From an uncultured archaeon (GTDB taxonomy: Archaea > Asgardarchaeota > Lokiarchaeia > Sigyniarchaeales > SOKP01), in the NCBI GenBank assembly GCA_964388035.1, contig CAYLZE010000022.1:1-55925 (forward strand): 55,925 nt of DNA, read 5' to 3'. Positions within the stretch are counted from its first letter, which is position 1; every line of letters begins with the position of its first letter. Of the stretch, positions 21,767-32,126 are shown in pieces. The position numbers were made by a program, and so were the translations under genes. Under the pieces are notes generated by a model. It worked only from the letters and a program-made list of their open reading frames with translations. It made no database searches and had not been told where the DNA came from.

Positions 21767-23536
21767 ACCTTTCGCGGCTCTTAAATCTTGTACTAAAGTG
21801 GTGGATTCGTGAGCACTTAGGATGAGTCTTTTTTTTGAGCGGGTCATGGCCACATATAATAATTGCCGAGATTCATCTGATGTGTAGGTATTTACTTCGG
21901 GTATGATGATTGTTTCGAATTCTAATCCCTTCGTCCCATGAATCGTTCCTAAAACCACGCCTGACAATCCTCCGTTTATATCGCGCATGAAATTCCAGTC
22001 TATTTTATTTTCTTTTAGATATTTCAAAAATACATGCTCATATTCAATCTTTGCTAAGTTATATTTGAATAGAACTAAGATATCTTGAGGCTCTTTTATC
22101 ATTCGAGAAATTTTACCAACAAGAGTCTTGTATTCTTCCTTTCTATTCTTTGAAATCATGATTTCAACTAACCCTTTTTTTCCCATGTAATTTTTTGTAG
22201 AAATAAATTCATCAAATTTATCGAGGAGATCGCGCAGAGTATTAGGGAGTGCTTTTTGAGCTAAAACGCCAATTTGAATGGGTGTACGATAGGAATTCTC
22301 AAACTTCAAAACCCTTCCTCTTGCTTGTATCCCCACGCTTGACCACGTAAACTGTTTTCGAGCATAAATACCTTGAAGCCCATCACAAGTAATTAGCAAG
22401 GAATTTGTTACTGGATTAAGTATTTCAATTACAATCTTAAACCAGTCGGGCTCAAAGTCCTGAGCTTCATCAATCAATATAGCATCATATTGAACTTTCT
22501 GTTCACCTTCACTTTTTAGCAGTTCTAAAAAAAAGGTAGGAACGAATTCATGAAAAAACTCCGACATTCTTTTTTCTTTTTCCGCTTTTTGTTCAGCTTG
22601 TGAATAGATCTGGGAAAAAGAGTTATTTGTACTTAAGATATAATGTCTTGCAAATCCATGAAACGTGTTAATGGTAATATCTGCTTCAAAATCTTGGGGA
22701 TTGATGAGATTAAAGAGCATTTTCATTAACAACCGATTATAACATAAAACTAGGATTCTCCATTTAGGATTTCGTAGAGCCAAATATCTCGCACGAGCAA
22801 TTAGCACTACGGTTTTTCCACTACCCGCCACCCCAAAGATTAAGCGATGCCCTTCTCCTAATCGGTGAGCCATTCTCTCTTGTTCAATATCTAAGAGCGT
22901 GACTTTATCTTCTATCGTATAAAATTCTAATAAATCTTTTTGGTCACGTGAAGGTAATCTACAAGTAGGAATGAGATTAGCTCTTAATATTTGAAAATAC
23001 TTATTTTCGAGTGTAAAATCTACAGGAAGTATTTCATTTAAAAATTCTTGAAAATAATTAATTGAGGAAGCACTTTCAGAAAAACAACAATGAATTTTTT
23101 TAGGGGTAATCTCACAAATTTTTTCATGTAAATAGCTTTCCTTGGATATCTTAGAAAATACCACAACTCGAATTATAGGGATATCTATACCGAACGGAAA
23201 ATGACCATGATTGATACGATCTTTTGCCACCCTCCAATATTGGTACAATTGATCAAATGGATTTGATAATTGAATTGTTTGATTTTCTTTTACTTGGGTC
23301 CAAAAACCAGATTGGGTTATAGTGCTTAAAAATATAGAATCGTAATCCTTTACTTCTACTATTAGGATACCTACCTCAGGAGAAAGGACTAGAAAATCCG
23401 GTCTCAAGCCACCTAATTCTGGTTCAAAATAGATGAAGGCATTACTATTCTCGGAAAAAACGTCTTTAAGTCGATTAAAAACAACTTTCTCCCCAGAAGT
23501 TGCAGTTGATGGAGGTTCACTTAAGATAGTGGCCAT
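21737..23536 (-). CDS. NERD nuclease fused to a UvrD-like superfamily 1 helicase
   Basis: RPDF...IVEVKD and NPFDQ (NERD); GVAGSGKT, DEAQD, KGLEF, LLYVAMTRSK. Confidence 0.9.
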   Translation of the reverse strand: MATILSEPPSTATSGEKVVFNRLKDVFSENSNAFIYFEPELGGLRPDFLVLSPEVGILIVEVKDYDSIFLSTITQSGFWTQVKENQTIQLSNPFDQLYQYWRVAKDRINHGHFPFGIDIPIIRVVVFSKISKESYLHEKICEITPKKIHCCFSESASSINYFQEFLNEILPVDFTLENKYFQILRANLIPTCRLPSRDQKDLLEFYTIEDKVTLLDIEQERMAHRLGEGHRLIFGVAGSGKTVVLIARARYLALRNPKWRILVLCYNRLLMKMLFNLINPQDFEADITINTFHGFARHYILSTNNSFSQIYSQAEQKAEKEKRMSEFFHEFVPTFFLELLKSEGEQKVQYDAILIDEAQDFEPDWFKIVIEILNPVTNSLLITCDGLQGIYARKQFTWSSVGIQARGRVLKFENSYRTPIQIGVLAQKALPNTLRDLLDKFDEFISTKNYMGKKGLVEIMISKNRKEEYKTLVGKISRMIKEPQDILVLFKYNLAKIEYEHVFLKYLKENKIDWNFMRDINGGLSGVVLGTIHGTKGLEFETIIIPEVNTYTSDESRQLLYVAMTRSKKRLILSAHESTTLVQDLRAAKGSGGNVANGA

Positions 23537-23862
23537 TTTTTAGTTAGATGAACTTTTTTCAAAAATCCTCTTACTTATATATAAAATTATCAAGCTTATA
23601 AATAAACATTATCACAATATCACGCAGAAGATACTTCCAATGGGAAGAATCTATTAAGAATCACGAAAATTTCTGGTCAATGTTAATTGTATGAAAGTTC
23701 AATCGTGATTATTTAAAATTAGATTATTTTTCAAATAGTAATTTCTTGAAAGAATTTTAAGTTTCCCTCTCCTAATGAATATAATGCTTGTCAAAGAATT
23801 TTTTAATAACTTGAAAAATATATTCATGCCTTACAAAATTTAGATTCAGGAAAGGTGATTTT

Positions 23863-24849
23863 ATTCAGATACCGGGATGGATTGATCTCCAAGTAAATGG
23901 ATATAATGGGGTAGATTTTTCAGATATTAAGTTATCTAAAGAAGGGGTTAAATTTGTGAGTAATATTTTATTAAAGCAAGGAACGATTGCATATTGCCCA
24001 ACCATTACCGCCTCACCAATGGAAATTTATCAACACAATTTACCTATCATTGCTGATGCGGCAAATTGCAAGGAAGGGGCTCAAATTTTAGGTATTCATT
24101 TAGAAGGTCCATTTATTAGCCCTGAGGATGGATTTAGGGGTATACATCCCAAAAATTACATAATTCCTCCTTCAATTGATGTATTTAAAAAGTTCCAAGA
24201 ATTCTCTAAAGATAAAATAGCAATTATAACTCTTGACCCCAGTAGAGATTCAAGCTCTGATCTTATCAAATATATAGTAAAAAATACCAAGATATTAGTA
24301 TCGATGGGACATCATAATTCGAGCACCGAAACCATCAAAAAGTCGATTCAATTAGGGGTTCGTGCTGCAACACACGTGGGCAATGGAATGGCAGAGTACA
24401 TTCATCGATTTAATAACCCAATTTGGTCAATATTGGCAGAGGATCGTCTCACGGGATTTTTTATTACTGATGGTAAGCATTTACCTGCTGATATGATAAA
24501 AACTTGCCTTCGGGCTAAAAAAGCAGAAAAGTTCATTGTGACAAGTGATTTAGTTCATTATGCGGGAATGACTCCGGGGGAATACCAATTTCATGATGGT
24601 CCTATAGTATTGGAACCTAGTGGCTATTTGCACCGCAAGAATGAAACTCAACTTGCTGGTTCAACCTCCAGCATGTTAGAATGCATGAATTATTTAGCAT
24701 CTTTAAATGAACTGGGAGAAAATGAATTATATAAAGTAGGCTATCATAATGCTCTCGCTCTTTTAGAGGTTAAATTGGATCAAGAGAGATTAGCCATGAG
24801 AAATAAAATTAAATTCACGGAAAAAAAATTCTACACGGTTAAAGAATAA
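23863..24849 (+). CDS. nagA: N-acetylglucosamine-6-phosphate deacetylase (probable ATT start at 23863)
   Basis: PGWIDLQVNG lies upstream of the ORF-track start; PT, HLEGPF, GHH, THVGN, DGKH, LAGS motifs. Confidence 0.88.
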   Translation: MQIPGWIDLQVNGYNGVDFSDIKLSKEGVKFVSNILLKQGTIAYCPTITASPMEIYQHNLPIIADAANCKEGAQILGIHLEGPFISPEDGFRGIHPKNYIIPPSIDVFKKFQEFSKDKIAIITLDPSRDSSSDLIKYIVKNTKILVSMGHHNSSTETIKKSIQLGVRAATHVGNGMAEYIHRFNNPIWSILAEDRLTGFFITDGKHLPADMIKTCLRAKKAEKFIVTSDLVHYAGMTPGEYQFHDGPIVLEPSGYLHRKNETQLAGSTSSMLECMNYLASLNELGENELYKVGYHNALALLEVKLDQERLAMRNKIKFTEKKFYTVKE

Positions 24850-24896
24850 GGTATTTTAAAAAACATCAAGTTTTCAATAATGAAAATGTAACTTCC

Positions 24897-25005
24897 TTCA
24901 AGACTTCGGAGTGCGCAAGTCGTGCGATGAGGCATGTCTTGAACCCTGTGACGGACGAACCACCTGATAACCTTAGGGCGGGTCTCATCTCTCCCGATGA
25001 GATGG
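24897..25005. ncRNA. Candidate structured ncRNA/element of unknown family
   Basis: 56 of 100 nt G+C over 24901-25000 in AT-rich flanks; stems 24897-24904/24936-24943 and 24983-24989/24996-25002. Confidence 0.5.
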
Positions 25006-25135
25006 ATAATTAGAATAAAAAGTTGTGAATTTGATACAAATTTATAAGTATTTATAAATAGTTATAAGGTTATAAAATGAATAGTCATTAAGTATCTAAT
25101 TTTAAAGAAATAAGAAAAAAAGGTAGGATAAGAAA

Positions 25136-26344
25136 ATGAAATTTAATGAATCTATGATTCATGGTTCAGTTGAACCTGGTTTTGAAAAGGTAAAGGAAAA
25201 ATTTATTGATAATTTTATGGATGGAAAGGAAGTAGGAGCAGCATGTGCTGTATATCATCAAGGGAAAAAAGTTGTGGATCTTTGGGGAGGGTACCGAGAT
25301 AAAAAATCAAAAGATCCTTGGAAGGAAGATACATTAGTACTAGTCTATTCTACTACCAAGGGGATTTCTGGAATGGCAACTGCCTTAGCGCATTCTAGAG
25401 GGTATTTTGATCATGATGAAAAAGTAGCAAGATATTGGCCAGAATTTGCTCAAAACGGTAAAGAAAATATCACTATAAGGCAATTATTATCTCATCAGGC
25501 AGGATTATGTGCTATCGATGAGCCGATGGATTTGAATATTCTTGCAGATCCAGATAAAGTTTCCGAGGCAATTAGTAAACAAAAACCCTCATGGGAGCCC
25601 GGAAAGAGGCATGGATATCACGCGATTTCATTGGGATGGTATGAAAGTGAATTAATAAGGAAAACTGATCCTCGCCATCGCACTATTGGACAATTTTTCG
25701 CAGATGAAATTGCAAAGCCTTTAGGAATAGAATTTTATATTGGATTGCCGGATAAAATTCCAGATTCGAGAATTGCAAATACGTATGCTCCTTTATATAA
25801 ATTCAGAATGTTGTTTAATATGGATAAATTGCCTAAGCAATTTGTTAAAGCATTTCTAAAGAAAGGGACTATTACAAATCGGACGTTTGCAAATCCTAAG
25901 ATTTTAGGAGACATTACGGGGTATAACAGGCGTGAAATGCGGAAAATTGAATTACCCGCATCAAATGGAATCGGCTTGGTAAGAGATATTGCAAAATTAT
26001 ATGGAATTTTCGCCATGGGAGGAAAAGAATTGGGAATAAAACAAGAAACATTGGAAGCGATCATGAAACCAGCAACAGATCCCGAACAAGGAAGATTTGA
26101 TGAGGTTTTGCAATTAGAATCACGATTTTCCCTCGGATATCTTAAGCCTTCTCCAGAATATCGTTTCGGAACCAGTGAGAAAGCTTTTGGTACACCTGGA
26201 GCAGGAGGATCCTTTGGTTGTGCAGATCCTGATACTGGTACGGGGTTTGCATATGCCATGAATAAAGCCGGTTATTATGTATTTAATGATGCTCGTGAGA
26301 AAGTTTTATCGGATGCTACGTTTGAATGCATTAAAAATCTATAA
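25136..26344 (+). CDS. Beta-lactamase-family serine hydrolase (EstA-like)
   Basis: STTK (SxxK), LLSHQAGL, HGYHA, AFGTPGAGGS. Confidence 0.92.
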   Translation: MKFNESMIHGSVEPGFEKVKEKFIDNFMDGKEVGAACAVYHQGKKVVDLWGGYRDKKSKDPWKEDTLVLVYSTTKGISGMATALAHSRGYFDHDEKVARYWPEFAQNGKENITIRQLLSHQAGLCAIDEPMDLNILADPDKVSEAISKQKPSWEPGKRHGYHAISLGWYESELIRKTDPRHRTIGQFFADEIAKPLGIEFYIGLPDKIPDSRIANTYAPLYKFRMLFNMDKLPKQFVKAFLKKGTITNRTFANPKILGDITGYNRREMRKIELPASNGIGLVRDIAKLYGIFAMGGKELGIKQETLEAIMKPATDPEQGRFDEVLQLESRFSLGYLKPSPEYRFGTSEKAFGTPGAGGSFGCADPDTGTGFAYAMNKAGYYVFNDAREKVLSDATFECIKNL

Positions 26345-26544
26345 TTTTTATTTTTATTTATTAATTTAAAACTCAGTCTTTTCTCAAATTAATTTCTTTT
26401 AATTTCCACGGGTTTGATTTAATATAGAACATATTTTTCATTGAGAAAATTTAAATTAAAACTTGAATTTTAATGAAAAAATTATAAAGTCATCATTTTC
26501 TCTGAAGATTATAGCTTTAGGTAAATAAAAATTGTGTTGATACC

Positions 26545-27471
26545 ATGAAAGAAAAAAAAATTTGGATTTGCGGAGTAGGAGGTGTAGGAGGATATTTCGG
26601 AGGGCTAATCGCTCATTCTATTTCCCTCATGAAGGAAAAAACTCATGAAGTCTTCTTCCTAGCTCGAGGAGAACATTTAAAAGTTATTCAAGAAAAAGGG
26701 CTTGAATTGCACACTTCAGATGGAAAAGTGTTAATTTGTAAACCGAGCATGGCTTCGGATGATATTAATAATTTTCCTACTCCCGATCTTTGTATAGTTT
26801 GCGTAAAGAGTTATGATTTGGATGCTTTAATTAAAAAAATTAAGGATAGATTACGGGATGACACGATTATAATTCCTTTAATGAATGGGATAGATATTTA
26901 TGAAAGAATAAGAGCTAATTTAGAAAGAGCTATCGTACTTCCAACTTGTGTGTATGTGGGAACGTATAGAAAAAAACCAGGAGTGGTTATCCAATCGGGA
27001 AATCCGGGTTTTTTTGAATGCGGTCCAGATCCTCTCTATCCAAACTTTAAACCTACAGATTTTCTCACTTTTTTTAATCAAATCGAAATTGGAGCTCATT
27101 GGACTCAAAATCCTGAACCGGCAATTTGGAAAAAATATCTTTTAGTAGCATCTTTTGCGTTGGTCACTGCTCACACGGGTCAAACTTTAGGAAGTGTTAT
27201 TAATTCCAACTCAATTAAGATTTTAAGAGAAATTATGAGTGAAATTGTTTCAATTGCCAAAAAAAAAGGCATAGATTTACCAGATAAAATTATTGATGAA
27301 ACTATTGAGTTTTGTAAGGATTACTCCGATGTAAAAACGTCTTACCAAAGAGATGTAGAAAATGGTAAAAAAAATGAGGGTGAATTATTTGGTGGTACAA
27401 TTATCAAATTGGGAAAAAAATTCGGTATCCCCACACCTATGACAGAGAAGATCTATAAAGTCAGCGATTAA
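26545..27471 (+). CDS. panE: Ketopantoate reductase family protein
   Basis: GVGGVGGYFG, ARG, VKSY, NG, W.K, TSYQRD, E, PTP. Confidence 0.85.
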   Translation: MKEKKIWICGVGGVGGYFGGLIAHSISLMKEKTHEVFFLARGEHLKVIQEKGLELHTSDGKVLICKPSMASDDINNFPTPDLCIVCVKSYDLDALIKKIKDRLRDDTIIIPLMNGIDIYERIRANLERAIVLPTCVYVGTYRKKPGVVIQSGNPGFFECGPDPLYPNFKPTDFLTFFNQIEIGAHWTQNPEPAIWKKYLLVASFALVTAHTGQTLGSVINSNSIKILREIMSEIVSIAKKKGIDLPDKIIDETIEFCKDYSDVKTSYQRDVENGKKNEGELFGGTIIKLGKKFGIPTPMTEKIYKVSD

Positions 27472-27559
27472 ACATTTCTAATTAAATTATTTACTCTTTC
27501 GATTATTTATTTTAAAGCATGATGCAATTTTAATATAAGATTAGGTTATTTTATTATTA

Positions 27560-28114
27560 ATGAATGATGATGAATTTGTAATTTTAGAAGAGGAAATAGT
27601 AAAAAGGGTAAAGGAACTAGCTCAAGAAATTAATACCTATTACATTAGGAAGAAAATAAATTTCATTAATGTACTTTTTATCTCAACGGGAGCTTTTATC
27701 TTTACTTCAGATTTAATCCGAGAATTAAATGTATTAGGACTCAAAATGAAAACAAGTGAAATTATGGTTCATTCTTATTATGGAACAGATTCGGGTACCT
27801 TAGAATTAAAAGAAGATGATTTTTGTGATCTTGATTTAAAAAATTCACACTTATTAATGATTGATGATATTTTAGACACAGGAAGGACATTAGCGACCAT
27901 TAAGAAAAAAATTTTAGAGATTTACGAACCCAGCTCTATAGAGATATGTGTATTTTTAAAAAAACAAATAGAAGAAAAAAAATTAGGGTTAGATATTAAA
28001 TTTGTAGGATTTACCATTCCAAACATATTTGTTGTGGGCTATGGCTTGGATTATAACGGCGAATATCGAGAATTACCTTATATTATTGATTTCAACCAAT
28101 TAAACAGAGATTGA
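27560..28114 (+). CDS. hpt: Hypoxanthine/guanine phosphoribosyltransferase
   Basis: IDDILDTGRT PRPP loop, SYY, FVVGYGLDY, YRELP. Confidence 0.9.
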   Translation: MNDDEFVILEEEIVKRVKELAQEINTYYIRKKINFINVLFISTGAFIFTSDLIRELNVLGLKMKTSEIMVHSYYGTDSGTLELKEDDFCDLDLKNSHLLMIDDILDTGRTLATIKKKILEIYEPSSIEICVFLKKQIEEKKLGLDIKFVGFTIPNIFVVGYGLDYNGEYRELPYIIDFNQLNRD

Positions 28115-28252
28115 GAGTGTAGAATAAAAATCAGCTTTTTTCAAAACCAGCAACCATAAAATTCTATCTAAATAATTCTTTTTTAAAACGGATTGTTAAT
28201 ACAGTTTTAAAATTTGGAATTTAATGTTATTGATTAAAATGGTAGCTTTTTC

Positions 28253-29800
28253 CTATTTTAATTCTTTTAATGCCTTTATTCTCTCAATACATGAACTACA
28301 TTTTCCACACGGGATATCGCCCTCGTGATAACAACTCCAGGTATCTTCAATGCGTATACCTAAATCGAGTGCTAATTTTATCACTTCTTTTTTGCTTAAA
28401 TTTTTAAACGGGACTAAAAAATTTATAGGAGTTTTTGATTCTTGAACAATTGATAAGTTAATGATTTGAGTTAAATTCTTAAAGAAACTTTCTGAGGTAT
28501 CGGAAAATTTATTTAAATCCTGTTTGATATGTCCTCCAATGATGGTTTGGATTCCAAGTGCTTCAGCATAATAAGCGGCTATGGAATAAAAGAGTAAATT
28601 GCGATATGGTATAAAACCTTGGGGTGCATTTATGACGCTAGGAACAAGAAAACCATTATATCTGAATTCAATTGCTTCTTGAATAAAGGGAACGGGAACT
28701 TCTATTAATTCAATTCCCAAATCTTTTGTAATTTTCTTGGTGTATTCAATTTCCATTTTAGGGCGATAGAGATAATTAAAGGTTAGCGCTATGGGTGAAT
28801 AACCTTGATTTATCGCCCAATAGAGTGCTGTTGTAGAATCAATTCCTCCCGAAAATAAAACTAATACGGAATTATCGGGATAAATCTTTTTCGGTTTCAA
28901 CTTTTCGGTAATAGCTTCATCAATAGCTCTCTCGATTGGTATTGAGGTAAGATTCAGCTTCGTGATAAGATTTTCATGATTACCAATTACATCACTTTGC
29001 ATCACATCTATCATTTCTTTACACAACTGCATCTTTTCAATGGCTTGTTCAGGTGTTATATTATTTAATATGGGAAAAGGAAGATTATAGCCCAAATGTT
29101 TCATCCTTTCATGAATTATCTTTATAAGATCGGGCATTGTTAGAGTCTTTTCACCTACTAAATCAAAAATTACTTTATCTCCTCCTCTCCCTTTAGCCGC
29201 CGCAAGAAAAGCATCAGTTGCGCTTTCCACGGGAATAGGTTGTATTGGTTTATCTCCTTTTCCAACAATGGGAATCTCTCCTTCATATATTTGCTCAAGT
29301 GTATCCGGAATTAATTCATCGTTTGGACCTAAGATGTAGGAAGGACGAAAAATAGTATAATTTAACCCACTGTCTTGAATTAATTCTTCAGCTTTCTTTT
29401 TGGACCAAAAATAATTATTGGTGGCCCAGCTTTCCTTCTCGTATCTATCTAATCCTAACCCCGAAGGATATATTATTCTACTTACTCCCGCTTGTAAAGC
29501 GGCAGATATGATATTTTTCAATCCTTCAACATTCACTCGTTCAAATGTCTCTTTAGTTCCACAAACTATATTAGCAAGGTGAAGAATCACATTACAATCT
29601 TGAAATGCAATTTTGAAGTCATTTATATCAAAATTTTTAACTAGAAAGGGTATGGCTCCAACTTTTCTAATATCCTCAGCAACTTCTTCTCTCCTTATGA
29701 TACCATGAACAATCCACCCCGATGATACAAACTTTTTGATTGAGTGTTGCCCTAAAAATCCATTAGCTCCAGTTATTGCTATTCTATTCTGTGAATGCAT
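28253..29800 (-). CDS. queC: Fusion of an NAD(P)-binding atypical SDR/epimerase domain with QueC 7-cyano-7-deazaguanine synthase
   Basis: N-terminal TGANGFLG, YFWSK, FRPS; C-terminal SGGIDS, IPYRN, TWSCY..CGKCSSC; likely ATG at 29800. Confidence 0.85.
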   Translation of the reverse strand: MHSQNRIAITGANGFLGQHSIKKFVSSGWIVHGIIRREEVAEDIRKVGAIPFLVKNFDINDFKIAFQDCNVILHLANIVCGTKETFERVNVEGLKNIISAALQAGVSRIIYPSGLGLDRYEKESWATNNYFWSKKKAEELIQDSGLNYTIFRPSYILGPNDELIPDTLEQIYEGEIPIVGKGDKPIQPIPVESATDAFLAAAKGRGGDKVIFDLVGEKTLTMPDLIKIIHERMKHLGYNLPFPILNNITPEQAIEKMQLCKEMIDVMQSDVIGNHENLITKLNLTSIPIERAIDEAITEKLKPKKIYPDNSVLVLFSGGIDSTTALYWAINQGYSPIALTFNYLYRPKMEIEYTKKITKDLGIELIEVPVPFIQEAIEFRYNGFLVPSVINAPQGFIPYRNLLFYSIAAYYAEALGIQTIIGGHIKQDLNKFSDTSESFFKNLTQIINLSIVQESKTPINFLVPFKNLSKKEVIKLALDLGIRIEDTWSCYHEGDIPCGKCSSCIERIKALKELK

Positions 29801-30077
29801 TTTTTTTTTACCATTAGTTAATCTAAATAAATTCAAGTCATCTAAGTTTTTTTAAATTGCTTTTATAAAATATTTGGTCCTATTGATTACTTTTTTCACC
29901 TTAAAAAAGGGGATTATTGATGAAAGCACTAAAATTAATAGCATCGATCATTGAGGTAAATTTCAAGAAATCGTTCAATTTCTCATTTTTGGTAAGTTCT
30001 TTCAAGTTTTTTAATTTGACATCATATGATTTCAATTTCTCGAAGTTTTAATAGGCGATTTAGTAATCACTTTCGAA

Positions 30078-30698
30078 ATGGCAAATTTAAATTCGGCTGA
30101 TTCCAATTCTTTTTCTTTTAATTTCATTGGTGGTTTAGAAAATCTATGTTCAGAATTTAATAATTATTTCATAGTAATGTTTACATATTTAAAATATGGT
30201 TTTGTCATCTTTTTATTTCTACTGGGAATTTTAACTTTACTGAAATTAAGAGGGGTTTATTTTGATAAAGAAAGACCCATTAATAAGGGAGAAAATGACA
30301 TGTATAAGAATATACGGCTTATTGTGGGTTTTTCATACATTTTTCTCGGGTTTGGAATTTGTTTCAATTTTTTAACTTACATGCTGATTTATTTGTTCGA
30401 TCCTTTACCCGATAGATTAGTTTTTAATTTCATTAATTTTTCAAGAGGGATTGATCCTAAATATATGAACAGAATTGAGGATATAGATGCGGCATTATAC
30501 CCTCATGAATTAACGATTATTTATGGGTTCGCAATGCTTTCCTTTACGGGTTTTTTGCATTTAATGATTAGCATCGCGCTCTTACTCCATGACAGATTAA
30601 ATAAAAAACCAAGATTAGTAATAATGAATTTCATCTCTTCTTTAACAGAATGCGTTTTATTTGGTTTTTCAACTTTTATGCCTTTTTTTCTGATGTAG
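30078..30698 (+). CDS. Hypothetical membrane protein
   Basis: About 4 hydrophobic segments. Confidence 0.65.
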   Translation: MANLNSADSNSFSFNFIGGLENLCSEFNNYFIVMFTYLKYGFVIFLFLLGILTLLKLRGVYFDKERPINKGENDMYKNIRLIVGFSYIFLGFGICFNFLTYMLIYLFDPLPDRLVFNFINFSRGIDPKYMNRIEDIDAALYPHELTIIYGFAMLSFTGFLHLMISIALLLHDRLNKKPRLVIMNFISSLTECVLFGFSTFMPFFLM

Positions 30699-30744
30699 AT
30701 TCCTAAATAATAAAGATCCGAATCTTCATTTAAAGTAATCATTT

Positions 30745-31851
30745 TTAATCATTTTTAATCATTGGGGGTGGAAGATAAATTTCTCTCAATTCTGTCCTAT
30801 GTAAAGACCTTGCCCCTTCAGGGCATTGATGAACACAAACTCCGCAGCCAATACATCTACTCAAATCTATAAATGATTTTCCATTCTTTAAACTATTGGC
30901 CTCAATAGGACACTTTTCCACGCACGTTCCGCAACCTTTGCATTTAGCTTCATCCACGGCTGCTATATAAGAAGTTAAGGTATGAAAAGGAAAGGTTCCT
31001 CTATAATAGCTTTGAAATAAAATGCAACAATCCTTACAACAATTACAAATTGCATTTTCTTTCTGATCGAGGCTAAAATCGTCATGGAATGTTTTATGTA
31101 CAAGTCCCTCCGCCTCCGCTTCTTTTAAAACTTGTTTAGCTTCTTCCCGTGTAATATGCTTTCCCAGATTATGTTCAATGAAATATCTGCCAACATTTCC
31201 GAAATGAATGCATCTATTAATATCACTGGCAATGTGGCATGGATCTCCTATAAGACTTTTTTGAAGCTTACATGGACATTCCGAAAGTGAAATATTCTCT
31301 TGTTTATCAATAATTTTGGAAGCTTCATGAAGTGGTAATACTTTTTCTTGAGGAACAGGTATATCTTTTTCAATTGGAATAATTCGAGCAAAAATTGGCA
31401 TTTTATCTTTAAAAATAGGCATCAATCCTTCATAATTCGATTGAGTTACCTCATTTGCCTCCTTAAACATTTTTTCATAAATCCATGCCAATTTTTTTTT
31501 CTGTTCTAAAGGACGATTGAGTCTAACAAGAGAATATTCAAAAGTATCTGCCACGGGTGGCAAAAGGCGATACTCCATCATTTCTGTATCTTTAATTGGC
31601 CAATCCATGATAAAACCGTTATCCATTAAAGAATTTAGCATTTTTATTAATTGGGAATTATCCATACCTGTTTTTTCTTTTAATTCTAAAAAAGTTAGAC
31701 GCGGTTTCCTAAAATTTAATAAAAAATTTGCTTGCTCTTCATTTAAGAGTGTTTTTAGAAGCTCTACCAAGGTATCATTAGCTTGAAAAAGGGGATTGCC
31801 GCTTGCTCTTACAATCAATTTGGCTACTTTATACCAATCTTTTTCCAACAT
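30745..31851 (-). CDS. 4Fe-4S dicluster protein with N-terminal wHTH-like domain
   Basis: CPC, AICNCCKDCC, CKGCGTCVEKCP, CIGCGVCVHQCP. Confidence 0.88.
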   Translation of the reverse strand: MLEKDWYKVAKLIVRASGNPLFQANDTLVELLKTLLNEEQANFLLNFRKPRLTFLELKEKTGMDNSQLIKMLNSLMDNGFIMDWPIKDTEMMEYRLLPPVADTFEYSLVRLNRPLEQKKKLAWIYEKMFKEANEVTQSNYEGLMPIFKDKMPIFARIIPIEKDIPVPQEKVLPLHEASKIIDKQENISLSECPCKLQKSLIGDPCHIASDINRCIHFGNVGRYFIEHNLGKHITREEAKQVLKEAEAEGLVHKTFHDDFSLDQKENAICNCCKDCCILFQSYYRGTFPFHTLTSYIAAVDEAKCKGCGTCVEKCPIEANSLKNGKSFIDLSRCIGCGVCVHQCPEGARSLHRTELREIYLPPPMIKND

Positions 31852-32126
31852 CTTTTGTATTTCAAATTAATTCAGGTATTAATTATTATTTTGTTCTCAT
31901 TAAAAATATAGATTTTGTTCATTAAATGATATTTAAATATTAGCCATGGATATGAATTAATTTCATAAATTTTCATAAAAAAATTCTTGAAATGAACTCC
32001 CATCTTTTAGATAAATTAAAAAAAACTTGAACTAATTAATAATTTTTAAAAATAAAGAATATAAAGAATATCAAGTGAAATAATATAAAGCATAATAAAT
32101 TTCCAACTAAAATTTGGTCCTAATAA

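Noticed and set aside
24944-24980. ACCTGAT...AGGG resembling a TPP riboswitch core; also considered 5S rRNA and a C/D box sRNA
   Set aside because: Lacks CUGAGA and the P5 UAAU loop; no 5S conserved motifs; C-to-D spacing too short
24975-24995. Minus-strand GAGAGATGAGACCCGCCC resembles the 5' half of a fluoride riboswitch
   Set aside because: P1 pairing is broken, there is no downstream pseudoknot partner, and no fluoride-related gene follows
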